A DNA stretch of 64,000 nucleotides from Candidatus Yanofskybacteria bacterium (GCA_016181045.1 JACPAB010000002.1:61126-125125); one strand, 5' to 3'. Shown: positions 29,418-40,015, counted from the first letter of the stretch. Notes: generated from the sequence alone by a model not told the origin. Translations and numbers: made by a program.

Positions 29418-31424
29418 TTACAAAAGAGAGCGGGGATCGACGTCTATCAGCCAACGGGAGGGGACGTATTTCAATATCTCGCGGGGTGTCTGCCCGGTCA
29501 GGGATTTGACCACGATATTGTATGTGTAAAGTCCGCGTTCTTTTTCCGTATATCCCGGCGATGAGTCGGTGATTTTTATTTTGTCCGATAGTTTTAACTG
29601 GACCACGGCCATTTTTAATTTGCCGGCTAGTATCCTTGCTTCGCGGGAGGCCACTTCGCGGCTGGGATGCCGGAAAGTTAACTTTATCAATCTGGAGAAC
29701 GGGGGATACGAGAGGGTTTGCCGCATCGTTAGCTCTTTCTCGTAAAAATCGTTGTAATTTCTTTGCGAGGCCATTACGATAGCTTGGTTTTCCGGGTTGA
29801 AGGTCTGGATGAGTAGCAGCTGCGGCTTGAAGTCGAATAGTTTCTCCAGTTGATAAAACAGGCGTTCCTCCGTGTGGAAATCGGGTGACTGAATAAGGGA
29901 ATCGGCGTTCATAATGGCTACGAAGTCGAAGTTATGGTCATAGCGATAGCTGAATATCATCTGGGTAGCTATAAGGATGGATGTATTGGGTTTGGCTATC
30001 TCACTCATCACTTCTTCTTCCTCGGTTTGATTTGCCGTTACGTCGGTGTCCAGGATGAGAACAGGCACTCCGGTTACTTCGTTCTGAGATAAAATCCTCC
30101 GGACTTCCTCATATATTTTCTGGCTGCCGGCCGGACCGGTCGGCTTGAGCTTGGAACTGTTGCAGTTGGGGCAATGATCGGGAAGCCGCTGTGTGTTTCC
30201 GCAATGATGGCACACCAGAACCAAGTTCTCGGCCCGGTGGATGCGATAGGCGACTTCGCAGTTGGGGCACTTGGCCGTATAGCCGCAATTCTGGCAGACA
30301 ACGATACCCGAATGTCCGCGCCGCGGAGAAAATATAAGGATCTTTTTGTCCTGGGTGTTCGGGTTGACTAGTGAGAGGATTTGGCTTTTCAGCTCTCTGC
30401 TTAACAAAGAGAAATTTCCTGATTTTATTTCGCTGACCATGTTTATTGTCTTGATGGGGGGTGGTGAGGATGTCTTGTCCATCAGTTCATAGGTTTTATT
30501 TTTCAAGAGGAAATAATTTTCGACCCCTGTGATGGGGGACAAGTACACAAGGCGGCAGTTGTTCGTTTTGGCTATATAGCCGGCCAGGTCAGCCGCATTA
30601 TACTTGGGAGACATATCGGATTTGTAGAACTCGTGCAGGGGGTCATCGACAATGACCAGCGCTAATTTCTTGAAAGGAAGAAGAAGCGCCTGCCTGGTCC
30701 CGACCAATACCTGAACTTTCCCGTTCTGGGTATTTTGCCAAGCGTTAAAGAGTGCTTTATTGCCGACTCCGGAAGAAACTTTTACCGTCTCAAAATTCTT
30801 ACTCAAGTTTTTATAGAAATGGTCAATTGTTTGATTATCGGGAACGATCAAAACCGCCTGTCCGTTCTTGCTTACCGCACTTTTAACCAAGGGCATCACA
30901 TTCTTCAATGCGTTTTTGGCATCGGTCAGAATAAAATCCGGTTTTCTTTTGGCTTCCCGAAGCCTTGCTTCGGGAAGCTCTGCCGCTTTTAATAAATATT
31001 TTTTTTTAAGAAAGAAAGGCGGTAATACGGCTTTCAGGCACATGCCCAAAGGCGAATAATAGGCCTTGGAAAGCCAGAGGGCTATGTGGAGTTGCCGGTC
31101 GGATATCTGCGGCGTCTCTGTGAGGACCTCGGAAATCCTCTTGAGCTGGAACTCCGCTTTTTTTAAACCGATTTTAGCTTCTTCGATAGGCAATGATGAT
31201 AGAACAACGGCCTTAACTTTTCTATTATTAATCTCTACCTCAACAATGGCACCTCTTGGCAATGGGGAACTCGTCCCGTTAGAGGTCCGATCCGCCTGAA
31301 AGGCGTGGTTGGCAGACGACCCCTCGAGGGGCGTCTTACCTCTAACGGGATCAAAAAAATAACTCAATATTTGAGGCACGTTCGGAGGCAGGACGGTAAG
31401 GGGAATAATTTCAATGACAAACAT
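29418..31424 (-). CDS. priA: Primosomal protein N' (PriA), helicase motifs degenerate
   Basis: Four CxxC pairs, PDFHTEER, YPPFSRL; Walker A not recognisable and DEEH replaced by DDPLH. Confidence 0.9.
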   Translation of the reverse strand: MFVIEIIPLTVLPPNVPQILSYFFDPVRGKTPLEGSSANHAFQADRTSNGTSSPLPRGAIVEVEINNRKVKAVVLSSLPIEEAKIGLKKAEFQLKRISEVLTETPQISDRQLHIALWLSKAYYSPLGMCLKAVLPPFFLKKKYLLKAAELPEARLREAKRKPDFILTDAKNALKNVMPLVKSAVSKNGQAVLIVPDNQTIDHFYKNLSKNFETVKVSSGVGNKALFNAWQNTQNGKVQVLVGTRQALLLPFKKLALVIVDDPLHEFYKSDMSPKYNAADLAGYIAKTNNCRLVYLSPITGVENYFLLKNKTYELMDKTSSPPPIKTINMVSEIKSGNFSLLSRELKSQILSLVNPNTQDKKILIFSPRRGHSGIVVCQNCGYTAKCPNCEVAYRIHRAENLVLVCHHCGNTQRLPDHCPNCNSSKLKPTGPAGSQKIYEEVRRILSQNEVTGVPVLILDTDVTANQTEEEEVMSEIAKPNTSILIATQMIFSYRYDHNFDFVAIMNADSLIQSPDFHTEERLFYQLEKLFDFKPQLLLIQTFNPENQAIVMASQRNYNDFYEKELTMRQTLSYPPFSRLIKLTFRHPSREVASREARILAGKLKMAVVQLKLSDKIKITDSSPGYTEKERGLYTYNIVVKSLTGQTPREILKYVPSRWLIDVDPRSLL
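31274..31350. mobile_element. MITE-like element with 13-bp TIRs inside priA
   Basis: TCCCGTTAGAGGT...ACCTCTAACGGGA; the same TIRs occur at 62378-62450. Confidence 0.75.
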
Positions 31425-31650
31425 ATTATAACTTGCTGGCCGCTCTCGCCTTGTTTTTGGCGAGTACGCTCTTGACCAATATTTTCGTTAAAAGCTCCAG
31501 TCCTCCCTCACCATATTATTATATGGCTCGGTTCTGGCTTCGCTTTTGCCTCAATCTTGGCCAAGCCAGCTACGTTCTAATAATTAAACAATTAGAGTGA
31601 TTAGGTCAATCAGTTAGAAATTTATAATGTTTTAAGGTATAATTTTTGTT

Positions 31651-33015
31651 ATGAAAGTAAAAGTTAGGATAGCCCCATCACCGACGGGATTTTTACATAT
31701 CGGGACTGCCCAGTCCGCTCTTTATAATTGGCTTTTTGCCCGTAAGAACGGCGGGACTTTTCATTTGCGCATTGAAGACACAGACAGGGAGCGTTCTACC
31801 AAAGAGTATGAACACAGTATTTTATACGCGCTGGAATGGCTCGGATTGAATTGGGATGGCGAGGTGGTTCGGCAGAGCCAGCACGGAATTAAGTATCGAA
31901 AAGCACTGGAGCGATTGATCACGGAAGGCAAGGCCTTCTGGTGCAATCACACGAAAGAAGAGCTTGAATCTGAACGTAAAGAACAGGGAGAAAAAAAGGA
32001 ACCGCCGCGGCATATTTGCAGCCACCGAAATAATGCCATGCATTATCCTGCCTCAAGTCCGCAACGTATCAATGATTGGGTGCTTCGGCTCGCGGTTGAT
32101 CGGGATGTCCAGCGAAAAATTATTTTTGACGATATAATTCGTGGCCGCATTGAATTTGATGCCTCACTGTTGGGGGATTTTAGTATTGCAAAATCGCTTG
32201 ATGACGCACTCTATAATTTCGCGGTTGTTGTTGACGACATAGATATGGGAATTACTCATGTCATTCGTGGCGAGGACCATATCTCAAACACTCCCAAACA
32301 GATACTAATCTATGAAGCTCTTGGCAAAGAGATTCCTAAGTTTGCTCACTTGCCGCTGATACTCGCGCCTGACCGTTCGAAACTTTCCAAACGCCATGGC
32401 GCCGTAGCGGTAGTCGATTATAAAAGAGATTATCTGCCCGAAGCGCTTTTGAATTTTTTGGGCGCTATGAGCCACACATTCAGCAAGGAATTATTGACTA
32501 AAGAAGAAATGATTGAAGAATTCGAGCTGTCCAAGGTCCATAAGTCGGGCGCGGTATTCAACACAGAAAAGCTGAACTGGTTCAATTCGCAGTATATTAA
32601 AAAACTTGAACCGTCGAAATTCCTGGAACTAGCCGGTATTGATGTCCCAGAAAAAGCGATTCCCCTGATAACCGAACGCCTGGAAAAATTGAGCGATGTG
32701 CAGAATTTTGATTATTTTTGGAAAGAACCGGAATACGATAAAGAATTATTGAAGTGGAAAGAATTTAGTTTAGAAGAAAGCAAAAAGTCGCTGGAGGAGT
32801 CAAGTAAAATATTGGAAAAAACTGAAAATAACGAGGCCGTTCGTTCGGCGTTTGATGAATTGGGACAAAAATTGGGGAATAGGGGACTGGCGTATTGGCC
32901 TTTACGGGTTGCCCTGACAGGAAAAGAAAAATCCCCCGACCCGATTGATATTGCTTTTGTTCTTGGAAAAGAAAAAACCCTCGAAAGGGTTAAGAAAGCC
33001 ATAAGATCGTTGTAA
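31651..33015 (+). CDS. gltX: Glutamate--tRNA ligase
   Basis: RIAPSPTGFLHIG, RIEDTD, HVIRGEDH, KLSKR. Confidence 0.97.
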   Translation: MKVKVRIAPSPTGFLHIGTAQSALYNWLFARKNGGTFHLRIEDTDRERSTKEYEHSILYALEWLGLNWDGEVVRQSQHGIKYRKALERLITEGKAFWCNHTKEELESERKEQGEKKEPPRHICSHRNNAMHYPASSPQRINDWVLRLAVDRDVQRKIIFDDIIRGRIEFDASLLGDFSIAKSLDDALYNFAVVVDDIDMGITHVIRGEDHISNTPKQILIYEALGKEIPKFAHLPLILAPDRSKLSKRHGAVAVVDYKRDYLPEALLNFLGAMSHTFSKELLTKEEMIEEFELSKVHKSGAVFNTEKLNWFNSQYIKKLEPSKFLELAGIDVPEKAIPLITERLEKLSDVQNFDYFWKEPEYDKELLKWKEFSLEESKKSLEESSKILEKTENNEAVRSAFDELGQKLGNRGLAYWPLRVALTGKEKSPDPIDIAFVLGKEKTLERVKKAIRSL

Positions 33016-33020
33016 TAGCT

Positions 33021-33473
33021 CTATCCTGTTATAAGAATTAGCGACCAAAAAACAAAGTTAGTAAAGGCGTGGGCCGTAATGGAAGATGTAAGACCGCCTC
33101 GCAAAAAAGCTAATGAATAAATTACTCCCGATGCGCCTTGTATGAATATGTGGTGCCACGAACCATGTACTGATCCGAATAAGATTGACATAAGAATGAT
33201 AGTGGTCCAAAGAATATTTTTGTTATCGGTTATGAGTTTCACTCCTTTTATGGGTAAAAATCGGGACAGGATTTCCTCTAAAAAAGGGTTTCTTACGACC
33301 ATTAAAAAAAACAAAATTATCGGCCGCTTAAGATCTTCATCTGTTATTACTTTGGACGGCTCGGATATTATTCCCAAGTGCGTCAAAACAAAGAAAATAC
33401 CGGCTATTATTATTACTGTGACTAAATTAATTATTCCAAACTTCAAACCTACGCGAATTTTCTCCGTTGGCAC
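33021..33473 (-). CDS. CPBP/Abi-family intramembrane metalloprotease
   Basis: EEILSR, FGSVH, HAFTN motifs. Confidence 0.85.
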   Translation of the reverse strand: MPTEKIRVGLKFGIINLVTVIIIAGIFFVLTHLGIISEPSKVITDEDLKRPIILFFLMVVRNPFLEEILSRFLPIKGVKLITDNKNILWTTIILMSILFGSVHGSWHHIFIQGASGVIYSLAFLRGGLTSSITAHAFTNFVFWSLILITG

Positions 33474-34780
33474 GCCTTAACTCCAAATTTAAAATGAGCA
33501 ATTTAGGCAATAAGAACAAAAAAAATCTAAACCGTCAAGTTTTTTTGTTTCTGCTATTTTCTATTTTCTACTTACTACTTTCTACCGTAGCTTTTGCCCA
33601 GACCGAGGATGAAAGAATGGCCGAATTGCGGGCGGAAATAGAACGTCTCGAACAGCAGGCGGAGCAGTTTCGCGGAAGCATCGCCCAGGAGCAGGCCGAG
33701 GCAAAAACCCTCCAGGGTGAGATCGCAAAGATCAACAGCCAAATAAAATATCTGGAAAACCAGATATCCTTGACCGGAAGTAAAATAAAAAAAACCGGCA
33801 TCGAGATCGGCGGCGTGGAAACCCATATTTCTACAACCCAGGAGAAAATAAATTCCCAGAAAAACGCCATTTCTCAAACTATTTTATTCCTGAACCGGCA
33901 AGAAACGGAGGGACTGCTTACGCTCCTGCTCAAGAATAACAACATCTCTGACTTTTTGAGGCAGGAGCATTATGCCAATTCTCTTAATGCTAATCTTCTT
34001 GCCCTTATAGACGACCTTCGGGACACTAAGAGCGAACTGGAAGATCAAAAGTCGGACCTCGAAGCCAAGAAAGGTGACCTCGAATCGATGAAGCAACAAC
34101 AAAGTTCGCAAAAAGTATCTCTTGGCGGGACAAAATCGGAAAAAGACGGATTGCTGAAAGAAACCAAAGGCCAGGAAGCGGCATACCAAAAAATGTTGGA
34201 AGAAGTGGAATTAAAGCAATCCCTTTTCTTTACGGAATTAAAAGAACTGGAGACAAAAATTATTCAAGGTGGGCTTTATATTCTTCGTATCCAGGCAGAA
34301 AATTTACCCAAAAAGGGGACCGATCTTTTCCGGTGGCCGGAGGATAACTACCGCACAACCCAAGTATACGGCTGTACTGCATATGCCCGTTGCAAAAGAG
34401 CGAGCGGGCCTTACGGCGGTAAAATTCATAACGGCATGGACATTAAAGTCGGCTACGGCACCCCCATCAAGGCCATTGGCGACGGGGAGATCATAGCCAA
34501 CGGCAAGAATGACGGTTGGGGCAATTGGATAGCTATCAAGCATCCGCCATATAACCTTGTCAGTTTATATGGCCACATGAGCGCTTTTGAATTTTTGAGA
34601 GTCGGCACACAGGTCAAAGCCGGAGAAGTTATCGGATACGAGGGTTCGACTGGATTTTCAACCGGCTCACATGTCCACTTGAGCATATACAAAGAATTCT
34701 TTACTTATATTAACGAAAAGAACGGCCAGTTATACTTTAACTACGACAACACCATCGACCCGCGCGATTACCTTCCATAA
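33467..34780 (+). CDS. M23 peptidase with coiled coil (EnvC/MepM-like); true start may be slightly downstream
   Basis: Signal peptide, long coiled coil, HNGMD, YGHM, STGSHVH. Confidence 0.9.
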   Translation: MARLNSKFKMSNLGNKNKKNLNRQVFLFLLFSIFYLLLSTVAFAQTEDERMAELRAEIERLEQQAEQFRGSIAQEQAEAKTLQGEIAKINSQIKYLENQISLTGSKIKKTGIEIGGVETHISTTQEKINSQKNAISQTILFLNRQETEGLLTLLLKNNNISDFLRQEHYANSLNANLLALIDDLRDTKSELEDQKSDLEAKKGDLESMKQQQSSQKVSLGGTKSEKDGLLKETKGQEAAYQKMLEEVELKQSLFFTELKELETKIIQGGLYILRIQAENLPKKGTDLFRWPEDNYRTTQVYGCTAYARCKRASGPYGGKIHNGMDIKVGYGTPIKAIGDGEIIANGKNDGWGNWIAIKHPPYNLVSLYGHMSAFEFLRVGTQVKAGEVIGYEGSTGFSTGSHVHLSIYKEFFTYINEKNGQLYFNYDNTIDPRDYLP

Positions 34781-34983
34781 AAACTTATACGTGAACCGAG
34801 CCCAACTACGTTTAGGGCTATACGGCTCACCGAAGGTTGGCCAATTTCGTCGTTAAAAGATTCCGTTTCGGTCTCACCATACTTCAGTATGGCTCAGTCG
34901 AATGCTCGATTTTGCCTCGACCTCGGAAAACACAGAGAGTTTTTATTATGGCCGGGTTCGGAGCTATGTGATAAAATAAAACC

Positions 34984-36240
34984 ATGGTTAAGATTCTCAT
35001 TCTTGGCGGGGGATTCGGGGGCATCAGGGCCGCTCTTGACCTTGAAAATAAACTTACCCATTCAAGGGGTTCAGGGCAAGAGGACGAAGCGCATATTACC
35101 TTGATAGACAAAAACGGCTACCATCTTTTTCTGCCGGCTCTGTATGAGGTTGCTTCCGCTTATGGCGTAAAAAAAGATCCGTTTGCCGTGCGGCTCAAAA
35201 AAAGTATCTGCATCCCTTATCATTCGATATTCGAGGGTAAAAAACTCGATTTTATACAAGATGAGGTCACCAAAATAGATTTGAACGCAAAAAAGGTCTT
35301 TGCCGACGCGAGAGTTTTCGAGTACGACTATTTGCTCATAGCCCTTGGCAGTCAGACCAACGATTTCGGCATCCCGGGGGTCAAAGAATATGCTTACCAA
35401 TTCAAATCTATAGATGACGCCCTCATGGTCAATAAAAAGCTCGAGGAGTCGATAAAAAGATCTTCGGTACCGTATCCGGTAAAAATTTTCGTGTGCGGCG
35501 GGGGATTCACGGGAGTTGAATTGGCCGCGGAATTATCTTGCTGCGCTAAAAAGGTCGCTAAAGTCAACAAGATCAAACACAAGTCCCACACCGTAACGCT
35601 CTTTGAGGCCGGGCCCAAGATACTACCGATGATATCCGAAGAGAAACGACAACATATTCTTCGCCGTCTGACCCGTCTGGGCGTTTCGGTAATGGAAAAT
35701 TCTCCCATCGAAGAAGTTGGTCCCGATTTCGTCAAGCTCAAGAATGGCCAAAATATGGACGGCAACATCATTGTCTGGACGGCGGGTATCAAGGCCAATG
35801 AATTACTTAAGAACGTTGCCGGTTTATCCGTCTCGGTAAGCGGAAAAGTAATTACCGACGAATTCCTGCAAGTTAAGGATTCAAAAAACGTTTTTGCTAT
35901 CGGAGACAACGTTGAATTTATTGACCCCAAGACACAGAAACCCGTTCCGGCTTTTGCCTATGTGGCTAATGACCAGGGAAAAGTTGTTGCCGAAAATATT
36001 ATTCGGACCCTACAAGCTAAGAAGCTAAAAAGCTATTGTCCTTTCTATAGCGTCTGGGTCGCTCCCGCCGGAGGCAAATACGCCATAGCCCATTTATGGA
36101 ATGGTATCCATATAACTGGTTTTTTGGGCTGGGTGGTCAGGGAACTCATCGACCTTCGATATATGCTTTCTATCCTTCCGCCCGGGAAAGCGTTATCATT
36201 AATGTGGCAGGAGGTGACGCTGTTCACCAAAAACGACTAA
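34984..36240 (+). CDS. Type II NADH dehydrogenase-family FAD oxidoreductase
   Basis: GGGFGG and GGGFTGVELAAE dinucleotide motifs, VWTAG, FAIGD. Confidence 0.92.
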   Translation: MVKILILGGGFGGIRAALDLENKLTHSRGSGQEDEAHITLIDKNGYHLFLPALYEVASAYGVKKDPFAVRLKKSICIPYHSIFEGKKLDFIQDEVTKIDLNAKKVFADARVFEYDYLLIALGSQTNDFGIPGVKEYAYQFKSIDDALMVNKKLEESIKRSSVPYPVKIFVCGGGFTGVELAAELSCCAKKVAKVNKIKHKSHTVTLFEAGPKILPMISEEKRQHILRRLTRLGVSVMENSPIEEVGPDFVKLKNGQNMDGNIIVWTAGIKANELLKNVAGLSVSVSGKVITDEFLQVKDSKNVFAIGDNVEFIDPKTQKPVPAFAYVANDQGKVVAENIIRTLQAKKLKSYCPFYSVWVAPAGGKYAIAHLWNGIHITGFLGWVVRELIDLRYMLSILPPGKALSLMWQEVTLFTKND

Positions 36241-36251
36241 ATATTGACAAT

Positions 36252-36752
36252 ATGTTTAAATATTGTGTAACTAATGCGGGGCAGGGCAGGGGAGCGAGAA
36301 TAGCAAAAATGACAGCTGTCATTTTTGCTATTCTCATTTACCATTTACCATTTACCAATTTCCATTTTGTTTCAGCGGCGGAGCTGGGGAGTTATAATTT
36401 AAATTTGGACTCAACTCAGGACCTGTTAGATGTTACAAAAACAGTGAATAAAGTTGTCGGCGAGGTTATAAACGACCTGACACCGACCGACCTCTTCAAT
36501 ACCGGCACCAACTTTCCCTTGAATTTGCCCCTGAATCCTCTTAATCATGTTAAAGGTTTCGGTATAAGCGGTCTGGATACAGACACGACCGATCTGGACC
36601 TTACGCGGTTCTTTAGCCCTGCCGGTGTCTCGACCGGCGACCTGACCAGCATATTAAAAGGGGTGGCGATCTTATCCATACAGATTTTCATTGTAGTGGT
36701 TCAGGTGGTCTGGGAAGTAGTTAAAGGCATACGGGGGGCCGTTGTCAGTTGA
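36252..36752 (+). CDS. Hypothetical exported/membrane protein
   Basis: Signal-like N-terminus and hydrophobic C-terminal helix. Confidence 0.55.
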   Translation: MFKYCVTNAGQGRGARIAKMTAVIFAILIYHLPFTNFHFVSAAELGSYNLNLDSTQDLLDVTKTVNKVVGEVINDLTPTDLFNTGTNFPLNLPLNPLNHVKGFGISGLDTDTTDLDLTRFFSPAGVSTGDLTSILKGVAILSIQIFIVVVQVVWEVVKGIRGAVVS

Positions 36753-36807
36753 AGTAAAGGCCTTGTGAAATGGGCAATACGTCGTAAAAGGCATATTGTC
36801 AGACGTA

Positions 36808-37308
36808 CTATATTGGCGAGTTCTTATATTCCCTACTCATTTTACTTTTATAGGTCCTCATCTCTTCTCTGATCGAGAAAAGTTTTTTGTGATCTTCCGG
36901 AATGCATCTTGTTTTGCTCTTTTTCTTCTCATACATAATCCTAAGTGCCTTGCCCCATAATTCAAAATCATGTCTTTTCTTAGCTCTTAACGGATATTTA
37001 TTAAAAAATGGCAGCACTTTTATGTACAGGTCGTCTAAATTTTGAATTATATATTGGACCATGCTTCCCCATTGTTCTTTTCGATTTAGTACGTAAATTT
37101 TACCACAATCTAAAGTATCTCTAATTTTTTCTAAAATTTCTTTGTCGTCTTCTCTAACGTTAATTGCAAAATAAGGTGTCCATCTAAAATATTTTGGTTT
37201 GCTCGGTCTTTCGTACCTTATCTCACTTCTATAAGTTAAATAAAAACAACCTTCCCCATCAACGAAGCCAGCCACATAATCCCCCGGTAATTTTCTATCA
37301 TCGGTCAT
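36808..37308 (-). CDS. Free-standing single-motif LAGLIDADG homing endonuclease
   Basis: YVAGFVDGEGCF; ILEKIRDTLDCG; PFFNKYPLRAKKRHDFELW. Confidence 0.92.
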   Translation of the reverse strand: MTDDRKLPGDYVAGFVDGEGCFYLTYRSEIRYERPSKPKYFRWTPYFAINVREDDKEILEKIRDTLDCGKIYVLNRKEQWGSMVQYIIQNLDDLYIKVLPFFNKYPLRAKKRHDFELWGKALRIMYEKKKSKTRCIPEDHKKLFSIREEMRTYKSKMSREYKNSPI

Positions 37309-37393
37309 TTGCTTATTGTAACTTGTCGCACAACATTATACAAGAGACAAGTGTTGATAAATTTCATTAAAATAAATACAATTAATAATAATT

Positions 37394-38071
37394 ATGTCAC
37401 CTCGTCTTATTTTTGATATTGAAACCGTCGGTGTAGAATTCGATTCTCTCGACGAAAAATCCAAAGAAACCCTTTTGCGATTTGCCGAATCTCCTGAAGA
37501 GATCGAGGCCGTAAAAGAAGGCCTTGGTTTCTCTCCCCTAACGGGCGAGGTGGTGGCCATAGGCATATTAAACCCCGATACCGAAAAAGGCGCCGTATAT
37601 TTTAATTCTCAAAACCAACACCCCGATACAATAGCGGAAGGAGATGCTCAATATATTCCATGCGCGTCAGAGAAAGAAATTTTAAACAACTTTTGGGATG
37701 TTGCCTCACACTACGACCAATTTGTTACTTTTAACGGAAGAACATTCGATTGCCCCTATATTCTTGTCCGTTCGGCGGTATTGAAGGTGAAGCCGACCAG
37801 GAACCTTATGCCCAACCGCTATTATGACGAGCACATAGACCTGCTGGACCGGCTTACATTCTTCGGCGCGGTAAGAAGGAAGGGCAACCTTCATATGTGG
37901 TGCCGGGCATTCGGAATCGAAAGCCCCAAGTCAAAAGGGATTACGGGTGATGACGTGGCCCGGCTTTTTAAGGACAAGAAGTCCTTGGATATCGCGAAAT
38001 ATTGTTTCGATGACCTGAAAGCGACCAAAACCCTGTACGAGTATTGGAACAAATACATTAATATAAAGTGA
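37394..38071 (+). CDS. PolB-like 3'-5' exonuclease (DEDD)
   Basis: FDIET, TFNGRTFDCP, HIDL, YCFDD. Confidence 0.88.
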   Translation: MSPRLIFDIETVGVEFDSLDEKSKETLLRFAESPEEIEAVKEGLGFSPLTGEVVAIGILNPDTEKGAVYFNSQNQHPDTIAEGDAQYIPCASEKEILNNFWDVASHYDQFVTFNGRTFDCPYILVRSAVLKVKPTRNLMPNRYYDEHIDLLDRLTFFGAVRRKGNLHMWCRAFGIESPKSKGITGDDVARLFKDKKSLDIAKYCFDDLKATKTLYEYWNKYINIK

Positions 38072-38829
38072 TGTGGTATTCGAACGTAGAAAACTTCAAA
38101 AACGCGAACGGCTACGAGATAGACGGCATTTGGTATCCGCGCGTTACGGCTATTGTCTCAATTAAGGCCAAGCCGGCTTTATATATGTATTATGCCGGCC
38201 TGCCTGATTTTAAGACCGGTGAGGCCATAAAGACCAAATCGGCCGAGGAGGGCACAATCCTTCACGAGACAGTCGAGGCGATATTAAGGAAAGAACCGGT
38301 AGTCATCCCCGACACGGTCAAACCCGCAGTCACCGCGTTCATGGATTTTTACAACAAGAATGAGGTCATCGCCCACAAGATAGAAGAAAGGGTTGTTTCA
38401 AAGAAACACCATTTTGCGGGAACGATGGATGTCCTGGCAGAGCTTAACGGTGTCCTGGGGGTGTTGGACATCAAGACCTCGGTTGCCATCTACCGCGACT
38501 ACAGCATGCAGACCTCGGCCTATATCGAAGCGTTGAAAGAAGACCAGACCCTGCCTCCCCTCACCCGCTGGATACTTCGGTTAGACCAGTCCCGGCATTG
38601 TTTGAAATGCCCAGCGACAATGCGCGACAAAGGCGGGCGTGAAAAAATACGCGGTGAAAAAGCAAAATGCGAGCATGAATGGGGCCCGATGCAGGGAGAG
38701 GTTGAGCTCAAAGAATTAAATACTTTTGAAAGCGACATCAAGGCCTTTCTCGCCTGCAAATCGCTCTGGGAATGGGAAAATGAATACTGGTTGAAAAAGA
38801 TTGGGAATGGTCGTTTCGCTCCGTTCTAA
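38068..38829 (+). CDS. PD-(D/E)XK nuclease-family protein with Cys insert
   Basis: PRVT, GTILH, AGTMD, LDIKTS, QTSAY; CLKC...CEH. Confidence 0.8.
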   Translation: MMWYSNVENFKNANGYEIDGIWYPRVTAIVSIKAKPALYMYYAGLPDFKTGEAIKTKSAEEGTILHETVEAILRKEPVVIPDTVKPAVTAFMDFYNKNEVIAHKIEERVVSKKHHFAGTMDVLAELNGVLGVLDIKTSVAIYRDYSMQTSAYIEALKEDQTLPPLTRWILRLDQSRHCLKCPATMRDKGGREKIRGEKAKCEHEWGPMQGEVELKELNTFESDIKAFLACKSLWEWENEYWLKKIGNGRFAPF

Positions 38830-39209
38830 TTGCAGTTTCCCGCTTTCGTGTATCCGGCCGCTTGGGCCGTCGCTTCATCGGCGAACCAGATCTTGTTCTC
38901 CTTTTTTATCCGCTTGGCTCCGGAACACCAGGTAAAATGATATTTGTCGGAATTTTTTGAAACCACCACTCGCCTATCGATTGCTTGCGCTTGCGTATTT
39001 TGGGGTGTTGTTGGATTTTTATCGCTTATGGCGTTGTAAACATCGGCTTTCTGATCCTGGCCATCGGTTATTGTTATCGGGGTCTTTTTGAGAGCTCCTA
39101 TCCTGCCGAGGTTATAGCTGATGAAGGAGATCAGAACTATGCAAAAAAGCAGAAAAATGTCTTTCTGGTGCACCTTGACCCAATCCCCTATTTTTGATAC
39201 TATATTCAT
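38826..39209 (-). CDS. Membrane protein with Ada-like metal-binding C-terminal domain
   Basis: TM; SKNSDKYHFTWC...A.AAGY.KAGNC. Confidence 0.75.
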   Translation of the reverse strand: MNIVSKIGDWVKVHQKDIFLLFCIVLISFISYNLGRIGALKKTPITITDGQDQKADVYNAISDKNPTTPQNTQAQAIDRRVVVSKNSDKYHFTWCSGAKRIKKENKIWFADEATAQAAGYTKAGNCN

Positions 39210-39237
39210 GCTTTATAGATATTATTTAGAATAAAAT

Positions 39238-39516
39238 ATGGCACATACAAAGGCAATTGGATCTACGCAGCTCGGCAGAGATTCCCAGCCAAAATACTTA
39301 GGCGTTAAGTTATCCGACGGACAGGTTGCCAAACCGGGCAGTATTATTATCCGCCAAAGAGGAACAAAGTTCGTTCCGGGCAAAGGTGTCCGCATCGGGA
39401 GCGACGATACAATATACGCAGTTGTAACGGGAAAGGTCAAATTCACTACCAAGAAACAGAAGAAGTTCGACGGCTCCCGCCGGCTGGTAAAAATCGTCAA
39501 CGTGGTTGCCAACTAA
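39238..39516 (+). CDS. rpmA: 50S ribosomal protein bL27
   Basis: MAHTKAIGST.LGRDS..KYLGVK, IIRQRGTK. Confidence 0.98.
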   Translation: MAHTKAIGSTQLGRDSQPKYLGVKLSDGQVAKPGSIIIRQRGTKFVPGKGVRIGSDDTIYAVVTGKVKFTTKKQKKFDGSRRLVKIVNVVAN

Positions 39517-39540
39517 AATCCGCCATCTGGCGGATTTTAG

Positions 39541-39987
39541 TTACTCTGTTTTAACCAGCACCTTGATTTGGGTCTTTACTTCGGGAGAGAGGTTGAGGTC
39601 CACAAGATGCTCGCCGACCTGTTTGATGGGTTCTTCGTGGTCGATCATTTCTTCTTTTAGGGACACGCCCGATGCTTTCTTTATTTCCTTAACCAGGTCA
39701 TCCTTGTCTATGCCGGCAAACAGCTTTCCTGTCTTGGTCGCTTTTCGGGTTATCTCAACCGTCAGGTCTTTTAATTGTTCGGCTACTTTCACGGCGGTTT
39801 CCTTCTCAACCTCTTGCATTGCCGACAGTTTTTTCTTGAGGTTATCGACTTCTTTGAGAGAGTTGGGCGTAGCTAATTTGGCTTTGCCTCCGGGCAGGAG
39901 AAAATTCCGGCCGTAGCCGTCAGAAACGTTCTTCACATCCCCTATCTGCCCGAAACCTTTGATGTTTTGTAATAGAATAACACGCAT
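39541..39987 (-). CDS. rplI: 50S ribosomal protein bL9
   Basis: MRVILL...GDVKNVSDGYGRNFLLP. Confidence 0.97.
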   Translation of the reverse strand: MRVILLQNIKGFGQIGDVKNVSDGYGRNFLLPGGKAKLATPNSLKEVDNLKKKLSAMQEVEKETAVKVAEQLKDLTVEITRKATKTGKLFAGIDKDDLVKEIKKASGVSLKEEMIDHEEPIKQVGEHLVDLNLSPEVKTQIKVLVKTE

Positions 39988-40015
39988 AGTTCCAATATTA
40001 TATTGGTTTCTTTGA

